Shown here: one piece after another, positions 19,006 through 27,468 of the stretch
Numbering within the stretch: the first letter of the stretch is position 1
Layout: each line of letters starts with the position of its first letter
Source of the DNA: Candidatus Shapirobacteria bacterium
GTDB lineage: Bacteria; Patescibacteriota; Microgenomatia; UBA12405
Length of the DNA stretch: 64,000 nucleotides
Reading direction: 5' to 3'
Assembly (NCBI GenBank): GCA_041659325.1
Contig: JBAZYN010000002.1
Location: 140,906 to 204,905, forward strand
Notes under the pieces: generated by a model
What the model saw: only the letters and a program-made list of their open reading frames with translations
The model's database searches: none
Told to the model about the DNA's origin: nothing
Made by a program: the position numbers and the translations under genes

Positions 19006-22000
19006 ATGAATTCGTCGGGGCCAGTGGCAATAGTTTATGGAATAGAAAAATTTGGAGCGAAGTTTTTGGTAAAGGAATTGCTGCTTAAAGATATATATGT
19101 GGTAGGAGTGGGAGAATATGTGTCGGGGATAGAGGAAAATGATAATTTTAGGTGGGTGGCGGGGAGAGGGGATTATGAGGGGAAGGTGAATTATGTTTTT
19201 GATTTTGAGGGAGATAAAAATATTTTTGATTTAGTTTTGAAGAACTCGGCTAAATTAACAGAGATATGCATTAACGACCAAAAAAAAGCGGAAAGAATAA
19301 AAAACGACTTGATTGGGGCGAATATTAACTGGAGGCTAATAGATGCACGGGGGGTGTATGGCCCGGGGATGGCAGATGATGGGGGAGGGAGGACCGGAAT
19401 TAATTTTTTAGTTGAGGCGGTGTCGGGGGCGGTGAAGAATGAAAATTTGGTTTTGCCGGCTTTGGGAACAAAGTTCAGGTTGTTGAATATTGTGGATTTG
19501 ACCGAAGTGGTTTTGAGGGCAAGCTTTTTATCGGGAACCGAGAAGGAGGAATATGTGATATTTGGCAATGAGAGTGACTCGGGGGAAGTAGCAAAGGTGT
19601 TGATTGATGAGGCAAAGATGACTAAGTTTAAGGTGGTCCAGAAGGATTATAAGTTTGAGACTCCAGGTAAGTATGAGATAGAAGAGAACTGGAGAAAATT
19701 ACGATGGCATCCCGGGGTGGAATTTAGAGAGGGAGTGGTGGAAACTTTGCAGTATTTTTTTTCGGTAATTGATGAAGAAAGCAGGAAAAAAATGAAAGAG
19801 GGGTCGAAAGCCAATAAGTCCAAAAGTCTGAAAGTCCAAAAGTCTGAAAGTCAGAAAATAAAAAAGGAGAAGAATTTATCGAGGTTTGAGGTGATGGTGG
19901 AGGAGGAAAAAACCAATTACGAATTACCAATTACCCACCCCGGCGGGCAGGCGAATTACGAATTAGAAAAAGATAAAAAAGAGACGGTAAGAAAGAATGA
20001 GGTGAGTAGGGAGGCAGAAGAAAGGAAAGCAGAAAAATACAAAAAGGAAATAGAGGAAGAATTTAAAAGGGCAAAAGAGAAAGAAGAGGAAAAAAAGGCG
20101 AAGGAGGAGATAATTTATAGTGAAGAGATTAAATCTTTGGCAAAACAATATACCCAAACCACACCACTGGAGAGAGATGAAGTGATAGAAGAGGACGAGG
20201 AAAGGATAGAGATAAAAAACGAGCTAAAAGACGGGCCTGCCCGCCTCGGTGGGTTAATCGGCAGGCAGGTTGAAAGTAGTAAAACGAGAGAAAAAAAAGG
20301 CGGGACAGGAATAATAAACTTTAAAAAGATCGGATTTTTGGTGATGATTATTTTGGGGTTGGGGATGTTTTCGATTCCGGTCGGGTGGGGGATAAAGGTG
20401 GTGGCCGGGATTAAAAATATCTCTAAAATCAGGGAATATATTGAGGAAGAAAAATACGCTGAGGCTGACAAAAAAGCAGAGACGACGATTGCCGGTTTGA
20501 AAAAAATCGACAACCAGATCGATGATTGGGGGCTAAATAGGATGAAGACTTTTAGGAATTTACAGACTGGGCTAAAGGTAGAGGAGGGAGTGTTGGTGAT
20601 TGAGAAAAAGGCGATTCCGATAGCGGAAGCAATGGAAAAAGTTAGCGGGGCGATTTTTGATGATAAAGAGATTTCCTGGGAAAGTGAACTTGAAGTTCTA
20701 AATAAAGGCATGGTGGAGGTTGATACTGAGATTGGGTTGCTGCAGGCTAGGCTTAATGGTGACTGGAACTGGTTGCCAGCCCGATTCCGACCGGAAGTGC
20801 AGAAGGGGATTAAAAGCTTAAACATGGCCAGATCGGTAATAGGAACTTCAAGGAAGGGACTGAATATCTTGAAAGAGTTTTTGGGAAGTGACGGAAAAAG
20901 GAGAGAATACCTGGTACTGTTTCAAAACGAAAATGAGCTTCGGGCAGGCGGAGGGTTTATCGGGTCGTGGGGGATGCTGAGTTTTGAGGGGGGAAAACTG
21001 CTTAACCTGGATATAAGGGACGTTTATGAGGCAGACGGACAGTTGAAAGGCCATGTTGAACCGCCGGCGGAAATTAAACAGTACCTGGGGGAGGCGGGGT
21101 GGTTTTTGAGAGATTCTAACTGGAAGGTGGATTTTGTGGATGCCAATAAGGATATTGAGTGGTTTTTGGAGAAGGAGACGGGAAGAAAGGTGGATGGGGT
21201 GATAGGGATTAATTTGGCGGTGGCCAAGGCGATACTGGATGTTACCGGGCCGATCTACGTGGTTGATTTTGGTGAAAAAATAGGTAAAGACAACCTATAT
21301 GAACAAGCTCAATTTTATGCAGAAAATAAGTTTTTCCCCGGCTCTAAACAGAAGGCTAGCTTTTTGGGGGGACTGGGAAGACAGTTGTTTGAAGAAATCA
21401 GGAATTTGGATTCGAAAAAGATGCTGGAGCTATATCTCCAAATATTAGAGCAGTTTGATAAAAACGAAATCCAACTGGTAATGCATGAAAAGCAGGCGGC
21501 GAAAATTGCGGCAGATTTGGGGTGGGACGGGGCGATATACCAGGGAAAGTGCCTGACTGACCGGTGTTATGCCGATTATTTGTATTTGTCAGAATCTAAC
21601 TTTGGAGTGAACAAGGCCAATTATTATATATACAGAGGGATTGAGCAGACGGTTGATATTACCCAAATGGCCATCAGCAGGGTGCTGAAAATTAACTACG
21701 AGAACACGGCGAAAAATAAAAGTTGGCCGGGTGGGGATTATAAAAATTATTTGAGGGTTTATATACCACAAGATACGAATCTGGCGGAGGTGAGTATTTC
21801 GGATTCGGCACAACCAGGAAAGAAATCGGTGGTGGGGGCAGGGGAGATGAAGATATCACAAATTTATAATAAAAAAGAAATAGGATTTTTAGTGCCGGTA
21901 CCGGTGGGGCAGAAAAGAACTGTAGAGATTAGATACGTAAGTAAAATTGATTTGGGGATAAAGGATAAATTCTCGTACCTTGGGTATATCCAGAAACAGT

Positions 22001-22158
22001 CTGGGTACGGTGATACGGGATTTGTGTCGTTGGTTTCTTTTCCTTTAGGATGGCAGCCGATACAAGTGCAGCCGGCGGCGAATATGGTTAATAATAAACT
22101 TTTGTTTAACACAAAATTGGATATGGATATAAAAATGGGGGTGGAACTGGGGAGATAA
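19006..22158 (+). CDS. DUF4012-domain protein with N-terminal Rossmann-like domain, K/E-rich coiled-coil linker and single TM
   Basis: The C-terminal region has YLVLFQNENELRAGGGFIGSWGML...DGVIGINLAVAKAILDVTGPIYV (DUF4012-type). The linker EEERKAEKYKKEIEEEFKRAKEKEEEKKAKEE contains an in-frame AGTCNNAA repeat insert (KSKSLKVQKSESQKIKKE). Confidence 0.6.
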   Translation: MNSSGPVAIVYGIEKFGAKFLVKELLLKDIYVVGVGEYVSGIEENDNFRWVAGRGDYEGKVNYVFDFEGDKNIFDLVLKNSAKLTEICINDQKKAERIKNDLIGANINWRLIDARGVYGPGMADDGGGRTGINFLVEAVSGAVKNENLVLPALGTKFRLLNIVDLTEVVLRASFLSGTEKEEYVIFGNESDSGEVAKVLIDEAKMTKFKVVQKDYKFETPGKYEIEENWRKLRWHPGVEFREGVVETLQYFFSVIDEESRKKMKEGSKANKSKSLKVQKSESQKIKKEKNLSRFEVMVEEEKTNYELPITHPGGQANYELEKDKKETVRKNEVSREAEERKAEKYKKEIEEEFKRAKEKEEEKKAKEEIIYSEEIKSLAKQYTQTTPLERDEVIEEDEERIEIKNELKDGPARLGGLIGRQVESSKTREKKGGTGIINFKKIGFLVMIILGLGMFSIPVGWGIKVVAGIKNISKIREYIEEEKYAEADKKAETTIAGLKKIDNQIDDWGLNRMKTFRNLQTGLKVEEGVLVIEKKAIPIAEAMEKVSGAIFDDKEISWESELEVLNKGMVEVDTEIGLLQARLNGDWNWLPARFRPEVQKGIKSLNMARSVIGTSRKGLNILKEFLGSDGKRREYLVLFQNENELRAGGGFIGSWGMLSFEGGKLLNLDIRDVYEADGQLKGHVEPPAEIKQYLGEAGWFLRDSNWKVDFVDANKDIEWFLEKETGRKVDGVIGINLAVAKAILDVTGPIYVVDFGEKIGKDNLYEQAQFYAENKFFPGSKQKASFLGGLGRQLFEEIRNLDSKKMLELYLQILEQFDKNEIQLVMHEKQAAKIAADLGWDGAIYQGKCLTDRCYADYLYLSESNFGVNKANYYIYRGIEQTVDITQMAISRVLKINYENTAKNKSWPGGDYKNYLRVYIPQDTNLAEVSISDSAQPGKKSVVGAGEMKISQIYNKKEIGFLVPVPVGQKRTVEIRYVSKIDLGIKDKFSYLGYIQKQSGYGDTGFVSLVSFPLGWQPIQVQPAANMVNNKLLFNTKLDMDIKMGVELGR
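19817..19857. repeat. AGTCNNAA 8-nt-period tandem array (copy A1, in-frame in the DUF4012 gene)
   Basis: agtccaaa agtctgaa agtccaaa agtctgaa agtcagaa. Confidence 0.85.
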
Positions 22159-22242
22159 AATCAATCCCTCACGTCCGGCGGTGGCCGGATGTTTCTCCCT
22201 TTGACCCTCCGAAGGTGGGCAGGCAAGGGAGGCTTCTAAGCT

Positions 22243-22659
22243 TTAATCCCTCTCGGCTTTGCCGCTTCTCCCTTTGACAAGGGAGAGATTTAAAATGTTT
22301 TTAACTTGATTAATTCGGAATAGAATTTGATCGTTAGTAAAGCGAATAGTGTTTATTCCTATCTGTTTTAGAAATTTATCTCTGGATTGATCGTAACCTA
22401 TTTTTTTATCATGGGAATTACCATCAATTTCAATGGCCAAATTTAATTCTGAACAATAGAAGTCAATAACAAATCGATTAATGGGTTTTTGTCTTAAAAA
22501 AGTAAAACCGGTTTTTTTATTTCTTAGTAATTCTCTCCAAATTTTTTCTTCGGCTTCTGTTGGATTGTTTCTGTTTTTTCTTGACAAACCCCTTAACTCT
22601 TTTAAGTAATTAATACTTCCATGTAGTGGGTTTAACGCTTCGATTACAACTTTTTTCAT
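22243..22659 (-). CDS. DUF559 (Vsr-like) endonuclease-fold protein
   Basis: FVIDFYCSELNLAIEIDGNSHD...IRFTNDQI is the DUF559 pattern. The gene is bracketed by inverted copies of the palindromic element. Confidence 0.65.
   Translation of the reverse strand: MKKVVIEALNPLHGSINYLKELRGLSRKNRNNPTEAEEKIWRELLRNKKTGFTFLRQKPINRFVIDFYCSELNLAIEIDGNSHDKKIGYDQSRDKFLKQIGINTIRFTNDQILFRINQVKNILNLSLVKGRSGKAERD
22245..22292. repeat. GC-rich palindromic element (P1), overlapping the 3' end of the DUF559 gene
   Basis: aatccctctcggctttgccgcttCTCCCTTTGACAAGGGAGAGattt. Confidence 0.75.
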
Positions 22660-22670
22660 ACTTTATTATA

Positions 22671-22705
22671 AAGTCTCCCTTGTCAAAGGGAGATTTAGAG
22701 GGATT
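22671..22705. repeat. palindromic element (P2), inverted relative to P1, just upstream of the DUF559 start
   Basis: aagTCTCCCTTGTCAAAGGGAGAtttagagggatt, the reverse complement of the aatccctctaaatctccctttgacaagggagactt consensus. Confidence 0.8.
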
Positions 22706-22722
22706 GAGAGATATAATCTGGT

Positions 22723-23055
22723 ATGAGGAATTTTATAAGAAAAAAAGAAGATTTTGTGTGTGAGCGGTGCGGGGAGAAGGTCACGGGGGATGGGTATACG
22801 GATCATTGCCCGAAATGTTTGTGGGGGAAGCATGTGGATGAGGTACTGCCCGGAGACAGAGCCAGTAAGTGCGGCGGCGGGATGGAACCTACGGAAACAA
22901 GTTACGAAAAAGGGAAATTCCGGATAAATTATAGATGCCAGAAGTGTGGGCATGAATTTTGGGTGAGAGCCGCCGACGCCGGAGGTTATGGCGGCCGAGG
23001 GAAGGGCAAGGACGATAATAGAGAGAAACTTTTAGACTTGATAAGAAACGTTTAG
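22723..23055 (+). CDS. RNHCP-domain zinc-ribbon protein
   Basis: CERCGEKV...GYTDHCPKCLWGKHVD...YRCQKCGHEF matches the RNHCP family pattern. Confidence 0.55.
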   Translation: MRNFIRKKEDFVCERCGEKVTGDGYTDHCPKCLWGKHVDEVLPGDRASKCGGGMEPTETSYEKGKFRINYRCQKCGHEFWVRAADAGGYGGRGKGKDDNREKLLDLIRNV

Positions 23056-23130
23056 TCTATGAGCGGAGAGAGGGATACTGTGATAAAGGAGTGAAGAAAC
23101 CTGGGCGGCGCTAATGATATAATCGAAGCT

Positions 23131-25134
23131 ATGGTTAAGGAAAAATCTTTGGTTGATAAAATAAAAAAACTGATAGGGGTGGGTGAAGGGAAAAAAGCCG
23201 ACGGGCAGCAAAAAAAGGATGACAAGAAGAGTGGGAAAAATTTGGAAGATTTGGGAATTTCTAAGGAGGTATTGGATAAGTTGCCGCCGGGAGTAAGAAT
23301 AAAGCGAATTGAAATCGGGCCAAAACAGATTTTGAGATGGATGTTATATTTGGTTTTGGCTTTTTGGCTGTTTTCGGCGATATTTCAGATTTTGAATCCG
23401 GAAGAGATTGTAAAAGCTCCCCTGTCGGAGGCGGTGGCGGCAATAAAAAAGGGTGAGGCGGAGGAAATAACGGTGGTAGATAATGAAATTTTGGTAAAAC
23501 TTAAACAGACTGATTCGGAAATAAAAGACGGGGCAATCAGCAGGGTGTTGGTGGTATCGAAGGAACCCGGTGCTTCGGCGGTGGAAATGTTGCAAAGGGA
23601 GGGAGTAGATATTTCACAGGTCAAAATACAAATAGAAAACCAAAAAGGGTGGAAGCTTTTGGGGGAAATATTTGGATTACTTTTGACGGTGGGTTTACCG
23701 CTGATTTTGATTTTTTGGCTTTTTTCTAGACAAGCCGGGGGAGGAGCGGGCGGGGTTTTTGGATTTGGAAAGTCAACCGCCAAACTTTTTATAAAAGGAA
23801 AACAAAATTTGACGTTTAAAGATGTGGCAGGGGTGGAAGAAGCAAAAAAAGATTTGGAAGAAGTGGTGGATTTTCTTAAACATCCGGAGAAATATTTGAA
23901 AATGGGAGCCAGAGCACCAAAAGGAGTTTTGCTAGTAGGGCCATCAGGAGTCGGGAAGACGCTTTTGGCCAAGGCGGTGGCGGGTGAAGCGAACGTACCA
24001 TTTTACTCAATGGCGGGCTCGGAATTTATGGAGATGTTGGTTGGGGTGGGAGCATCCAGGGTGCGCGATTTGTTTGGGACGGCGAAAAAAGCCGGTAAGG
24101 CGATTATTTTTATTGATGAAATTGATGCGATTGGCCGGGCCAGAGGAGGCTTGGAGGGGGGACACGGAGAGAGAGAGCAGACCTTGAACCAAATTTTGGT
24201 AGAGATGGATGGATTTGAGGCAAATACGGCCGTGGTGGTTTTGGCGGCTACAAATCGAGGAGATCTGTTGGACCCGGCACTATTGAGGCCGGGAAGATTT
24301 GACAGAAGAGTAATATTGGAAATGCCGGATATTGAGGCAAGAAAAGAAATTATAAAAATACACGCAAGAAAAAAGCCCTTTGTTGATGAAATAGATTGGG
24401 ATAGGGTGGCAAGAAGGACGGTTGGTTTTAGTGGAGCGGATTTGGAAAATATGTTAAATGAATCAGCAATTAAGGCGGCCAGAGAAAACAAAGAAAAAAT
24501 TGACATGGGAGATATTGAAGAAGCGGCATTGAAGGTAAAATTGGGGTCAGAAAAAAGAAGGGCACAGACCGATGAAGATAAAAAAATGACGGCTTATCAT
24601 GAGGCCGGACATGCAATTGTTAACTATGTGGAGGAGCTGGACCCGGTTCACAGGATTTCGATAGTCTCACGAGGGATGGCGTTGGGATTTACCCTGATTC
24701 CGCCAAAGAAGGATATAGTTCACGAAACAAAATCGAGATTAGTAAAATTAATGGCAATGGCAATGGGGGGGCGGGCAGCAGAAGAGCTGACTTTTGGAGA
24801 TATTACCACCGGGGCATCTTCAGACATCTCTCATGCGACCAATATTGCCAGGAATATGGTGATTGAATGGGGAATGTCGGATTTGGGGCCGGTGAGCCTT
24901 GGCCCACTGGTGGATGCAAATGATTATGGGAAAATGTGGATGGAACCATCCAAAATTTCGGACGGGATGCAGACAAAGGTGGATGAGGAGATTAATAAAC
25001 TGATAACTACGGCCTATGAGAGGGCAAAAAAGATTTTGAGTGGTAAGAAAGAGAAGCTTGAGTCACTCGCTAAAGTATTGGTGGAAAAAGAGAGTTTAAA
25101 CCAGGATGAATTTGAGGATTTTATGAAGAGATAG
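23131..25134 (+). CDS. ftsH: ATP-dependent zinc metalloprotease FtsH (with an unusually long basic N-terminal extension before TM1)
   Basis: Walker A GPSGVGKTLLAKAVAGEA, Walker B IIFIDEIDA, SRH region and HEAGHA zinc motif. The true start could be downstream of 23131. Confidence 0.9.
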   Translation: MVKEKSLVDKIKKLIGVGEGKKADGQQKKDDKKSGKNLEDLGISKEVLDKLPPGVRIKRIEIGPKQILRWMLYLVLAFWLFSAIFQILNPEEIVKAPLSEAVAAIKKGEAEEITVVDNEILVKLKQTDSEIKDGAISRVLVVSKEPGASAVEMLQREGVDISQVKIQIENQKGWKLLGEIFGLLLTVGLPLILIFWLFSRQAGGGAGGVFGFGKSTAKLFIKGKQNLTFKDVAGVEEAKKDLEEVVDFLKHPEKYLKMGARAPKGVLLVGPSGVGKTLLAKAVAGEANVPFYSMAGSEFMEMLVGVGASRVRDLFGTAKKAGKAIIFIDEIDAIGRARGGLEGGHGEREQTLNQILVEMDGFEANTAVVVLAATNRGDLLDPALLRPGRFDRRVILEMPDIEARKEIIKIHARKKPFVDEIDWDRVARRTVGFSGADLENMLNESAIKAARENKEKIDMGDIEEAALKVKLGSEKRRAQTDEDKKMTAYHEAGHAIVNYVEELDPVHRISIVSRGMALGFTLIPPKKDIVHETKSRLVKLMAMAMGGRAAEELTFGDITTGASSDISHATNIARNMVIEWGMSDLGPVSLGPLVDANDYGKMWMEPSKISDGMQTKVDEEINKLITTAYERAKKILSGKKEKLESLAKVLVEKESLNQDEFEDFMKR

Positions 25135-25696
25135 AAGTTTTTCTTGGCTTGTAGTGGTAGAGAAAAAGAGGACCATAAATGGGCCCACGGGGATCAATTT
25201 TGACCGGTTTAAGTTTAGGAAAATTGAAAGCAGCACTAACCAGACGAGTGCCGGTTTTTATTTCCTTGATTAGCTTGGGATACAATTTATCGTTGGTTTC
25301 CTGGAGGAGATAGGTAGTGATAATATTGGCCTTTGATAGGTCAATTTCAAAAAAGCTTTTTTGGATAATATGGGCTCGATGGGAGAGACCAAAAATAAAA
25401 ATACAAAGACGGGAATACCAGACACGAAAAGGATCAATTTCAATGCCATAGGCCTTGGCACCACGCAAAGCGGCGGCAATAACCAAGCGACCGTCACCGG
25501 AGCCTAAGTCGTAAAATATTTCTCCGGGTTGAATTTTGGCCAAATCCATAATATGGTCAACGACCAGGGGTTCCAGAGGAACAAAGGGAGCACCATCGGG
25601 CGTGGTTCGATCACGTTGTTGTGATTTTTTGATTAGGGCTAACAAAGCAATTAAAAAAAGACCAACAAAAACATCAAACATAATTAAAGATAGCAT
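25121..25696 (-). CDS. class I SAM-dependent methyltransferase (small, N-terminal TM)
   Basis: FYDLGSGDGRLVIAAALRGAKAYGIEIDP is SAM-binding motif I. Convergent with ftsH. Confidence 0.5.
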   Translation of the reverse strand: MLSLIMFDVFVGLFLIALLALIKKSQQRDRTTPDGAPFVPLEPLVVDHIMDLAKIQPGEIFYDLGSGDGRLVIAAALRGAKAYGIEIDPFRVWYSRLCIFIFGLSHRAHIIQKSFFEIDLSKANIITTYLLQETNDKLYPKLIKEIKTGTRLVSAAFNFPKLKPVKIDPRGPIYGPLFLYHYKPRKTSISS

Positions 25697-25708
25697 TTCA
25701 GGCGGAGG

Positions 25709-27406
25709 TTAGGTGGTCGATTCTTCAAGATTGATTATTCGCTGAAGAATGGCGAGAGAGCCGAGGTAAACCGGCTCAGCGCCGTCGAGGCGGAGATGAT
25801 GGTTGCCAAGATTTTTGGCCTTTGAATAGGGAGTGTCCGAGGCGTAGTTGATTATACCGACATCAAAGGGAGCATTGTTGAGATCGATTATGGTGTTTTT
25901 GGGCGTTTGCTGATCGTAGGTGGCTTCGGTGATGGCATTTAAATATGGGCCTGATTCCATCTCGATAACAGTTAAATTGTTTTCGGAATATTTTTGGAGG
26001 AGAGCTTCGTTTTCCAAGAAGGTTCCCAGGACGGAGACGGATTTTTGATTGGTAAGAATGGAGCCCTGGTTGTTGGTAAAGGGAAAGAAAGAATTAAAAC
26101 AGTTTTTGAACATATAAGAATTTTGGGTATGCTCATCAAAAACCATGCGGGGGATTTGAATGTCGCCAACTTCGCTGTTTAGGACAGCGGCTTTGCCGAG
26201 GATATAGACTCCGTTTATACGATTGACATTTTCCAGAATTTCGCTCAAAACGTGGTAAGCGGCAAAACCTAGGGGGTAATCAATGTTGAAGATAATGGCC
26301 GGGGAATCGGCTAGTTTTGAGGGTTTGGTGATTTTCAGGCGATTGTCGAGATGGGGTGATTTGAGGAGATTTTTTACTGGAAAGATTTGGGTATTGATGT
26401 CGAGAAAATGGGAGCTTTTTATGGTGATGACGCCAAGTTTTTCCTGATATTTTAGATAATCTTTGTTGAATTCAGGCAGGGAGAGATAGAATTTTGAGGC
26501 AAAGTACAAAAAGTCATTTGGGTCGATAAAGTACTGGTGGTTTTTTATTTGATCCCAATATTTGTAGAGTTCGGGGAGGTCCTTCTTTAGAGAGTCTAGG
26601 ATGAGATTTTTGTTTTTTAGGACAAAGCCTGTAAAGAGATTTATGATGCTATGGGTGTTGCTAGAGATGAAATAAATTTTTTGCCGGGATATGTGAAATT
26701 TCGGAGAAACGGTGGTAGCAACGTTTTTCCACCATTTTTGGGTGGTTTTGGCATAGTCAACCCAGGACCCGGCCAGAAGCTGGATGCGAAGGTTGAGGAT
26801 ATTTTTGTAAATTCTTTTGAGGCGGATAGGCCATTTTGGGCCTAAGGCCTTGACGAAACTTTGCCAGTCTGAAGTAGAGATATTGATGTTTTCCAAAAGA
26901 TGGTTGTTTTTTAGATCTTTTTTTAAAGAGAGATAAGTTTTGTATTTGGAGTGAAGGATGGTGTGGAGCTTGTTCCATTCGGTTTGGTAGGCGATAAGAA
27001 GATTAGTAAGATCATCAACGTCGGAGATGGAGGCGGCAAAGGAGGCAAAAATGCGACTGTTGGGGTTGAAATGAGTGGTGCGGCGGCGGCCGGGGGTGTA
27101 AATTTTTTGCCAGGAATCAACGTTGGGGAAGCCGGCGTTTTTGAAAACCCCCGGGGTTTGGCCGACTATAACTTTTCGAGAACGGTCTATTTCTTCCGGC
27201 AGGCGGAAGACTGAGTAGACAAAAGCGGCGGTATCAAAAATTTGGGGGTCTTCGCCGTTTGGGTGAAGTATGGGCCTCATTTTTAGCTGAGAGTTGGATA
27301 GAGAGTTGATGGTGATTTCGAGAGTGCCTTTGAGGGCGGAACGGTAAGAGCGGACATGGAGGTCGATGGCGTCGATGCCCGGAGTGATGGAAACGGGATT
27401 GTTCAT
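25709..27406 (-). CDS. large hypothetical protein
   Basis: Start placed at the internal Met (MNNPVSITPG) to avoid a ~100-nt overlap with the divergent gene. No recognisable motif. Confidence 0.45.
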   Translation of the reverse strand: MNNPVSITPGIDAIDLHVRSYRSALKGTLEITINSLSNSQLKMRPILHPNGEDPQIFDTAAFVYSVFRLPEEIDRSRKVIVGQTPGVFKNAGFPNVDSWQKIYTPGRRRTTHFNPNSRIFASFAASISDVDDLTNLLIAYQTEWNKLHTILHSKYKTYLSLKKDLKNNHLLENINISTSDWQSFVKALGPKWPIRLKRIYKNILNLRIQLLAGSWVDYAKTTQKWWKNVATTVSPKFHISRQKIYFISSNTHSIINLFTGFVLKNKNLILDSLKKDLPELYKYWDQIKNHQYFIDPNDFLYFASKFYLSLPEFNKDYLKYQEKLGVITIKSSHFLDINTQIFPVKNLLKSPHLDNRLKITKPSKLADSPAIIFNIDYPLGFAAYHVLSEILENVNRINGVYILGKAAVLNSEVGDIQIPRMVFDEHTQNSYMFKNCFNSFFPFTNNQGSILTNQKSVSVLGTFLENEALLQKYSENNLTVIEMESGPYLNAITEATYDQQTPKNTIIDLNNAPFDVGIINYASDTPYSKAKNLGNHHLRLDGAEPVYLGSLAILQRIINLEESTT

Positions 27407-27468
27407 AGTGTCTATATTATACAGAAACAAAATAGGGGATAGAAATTGAATAGTGTTATAATTTTGGC

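Noticed and set aside
20115-20825. 236-aa minus-strand ORF
   Set aside because: Antisense to the DUF4012 gene; Ser/Phe-rich translation of the K/E-rich coding strand.
24003-24506. 167-aa minus-strand ORF
   Set aside because: Antisense to ftsH.
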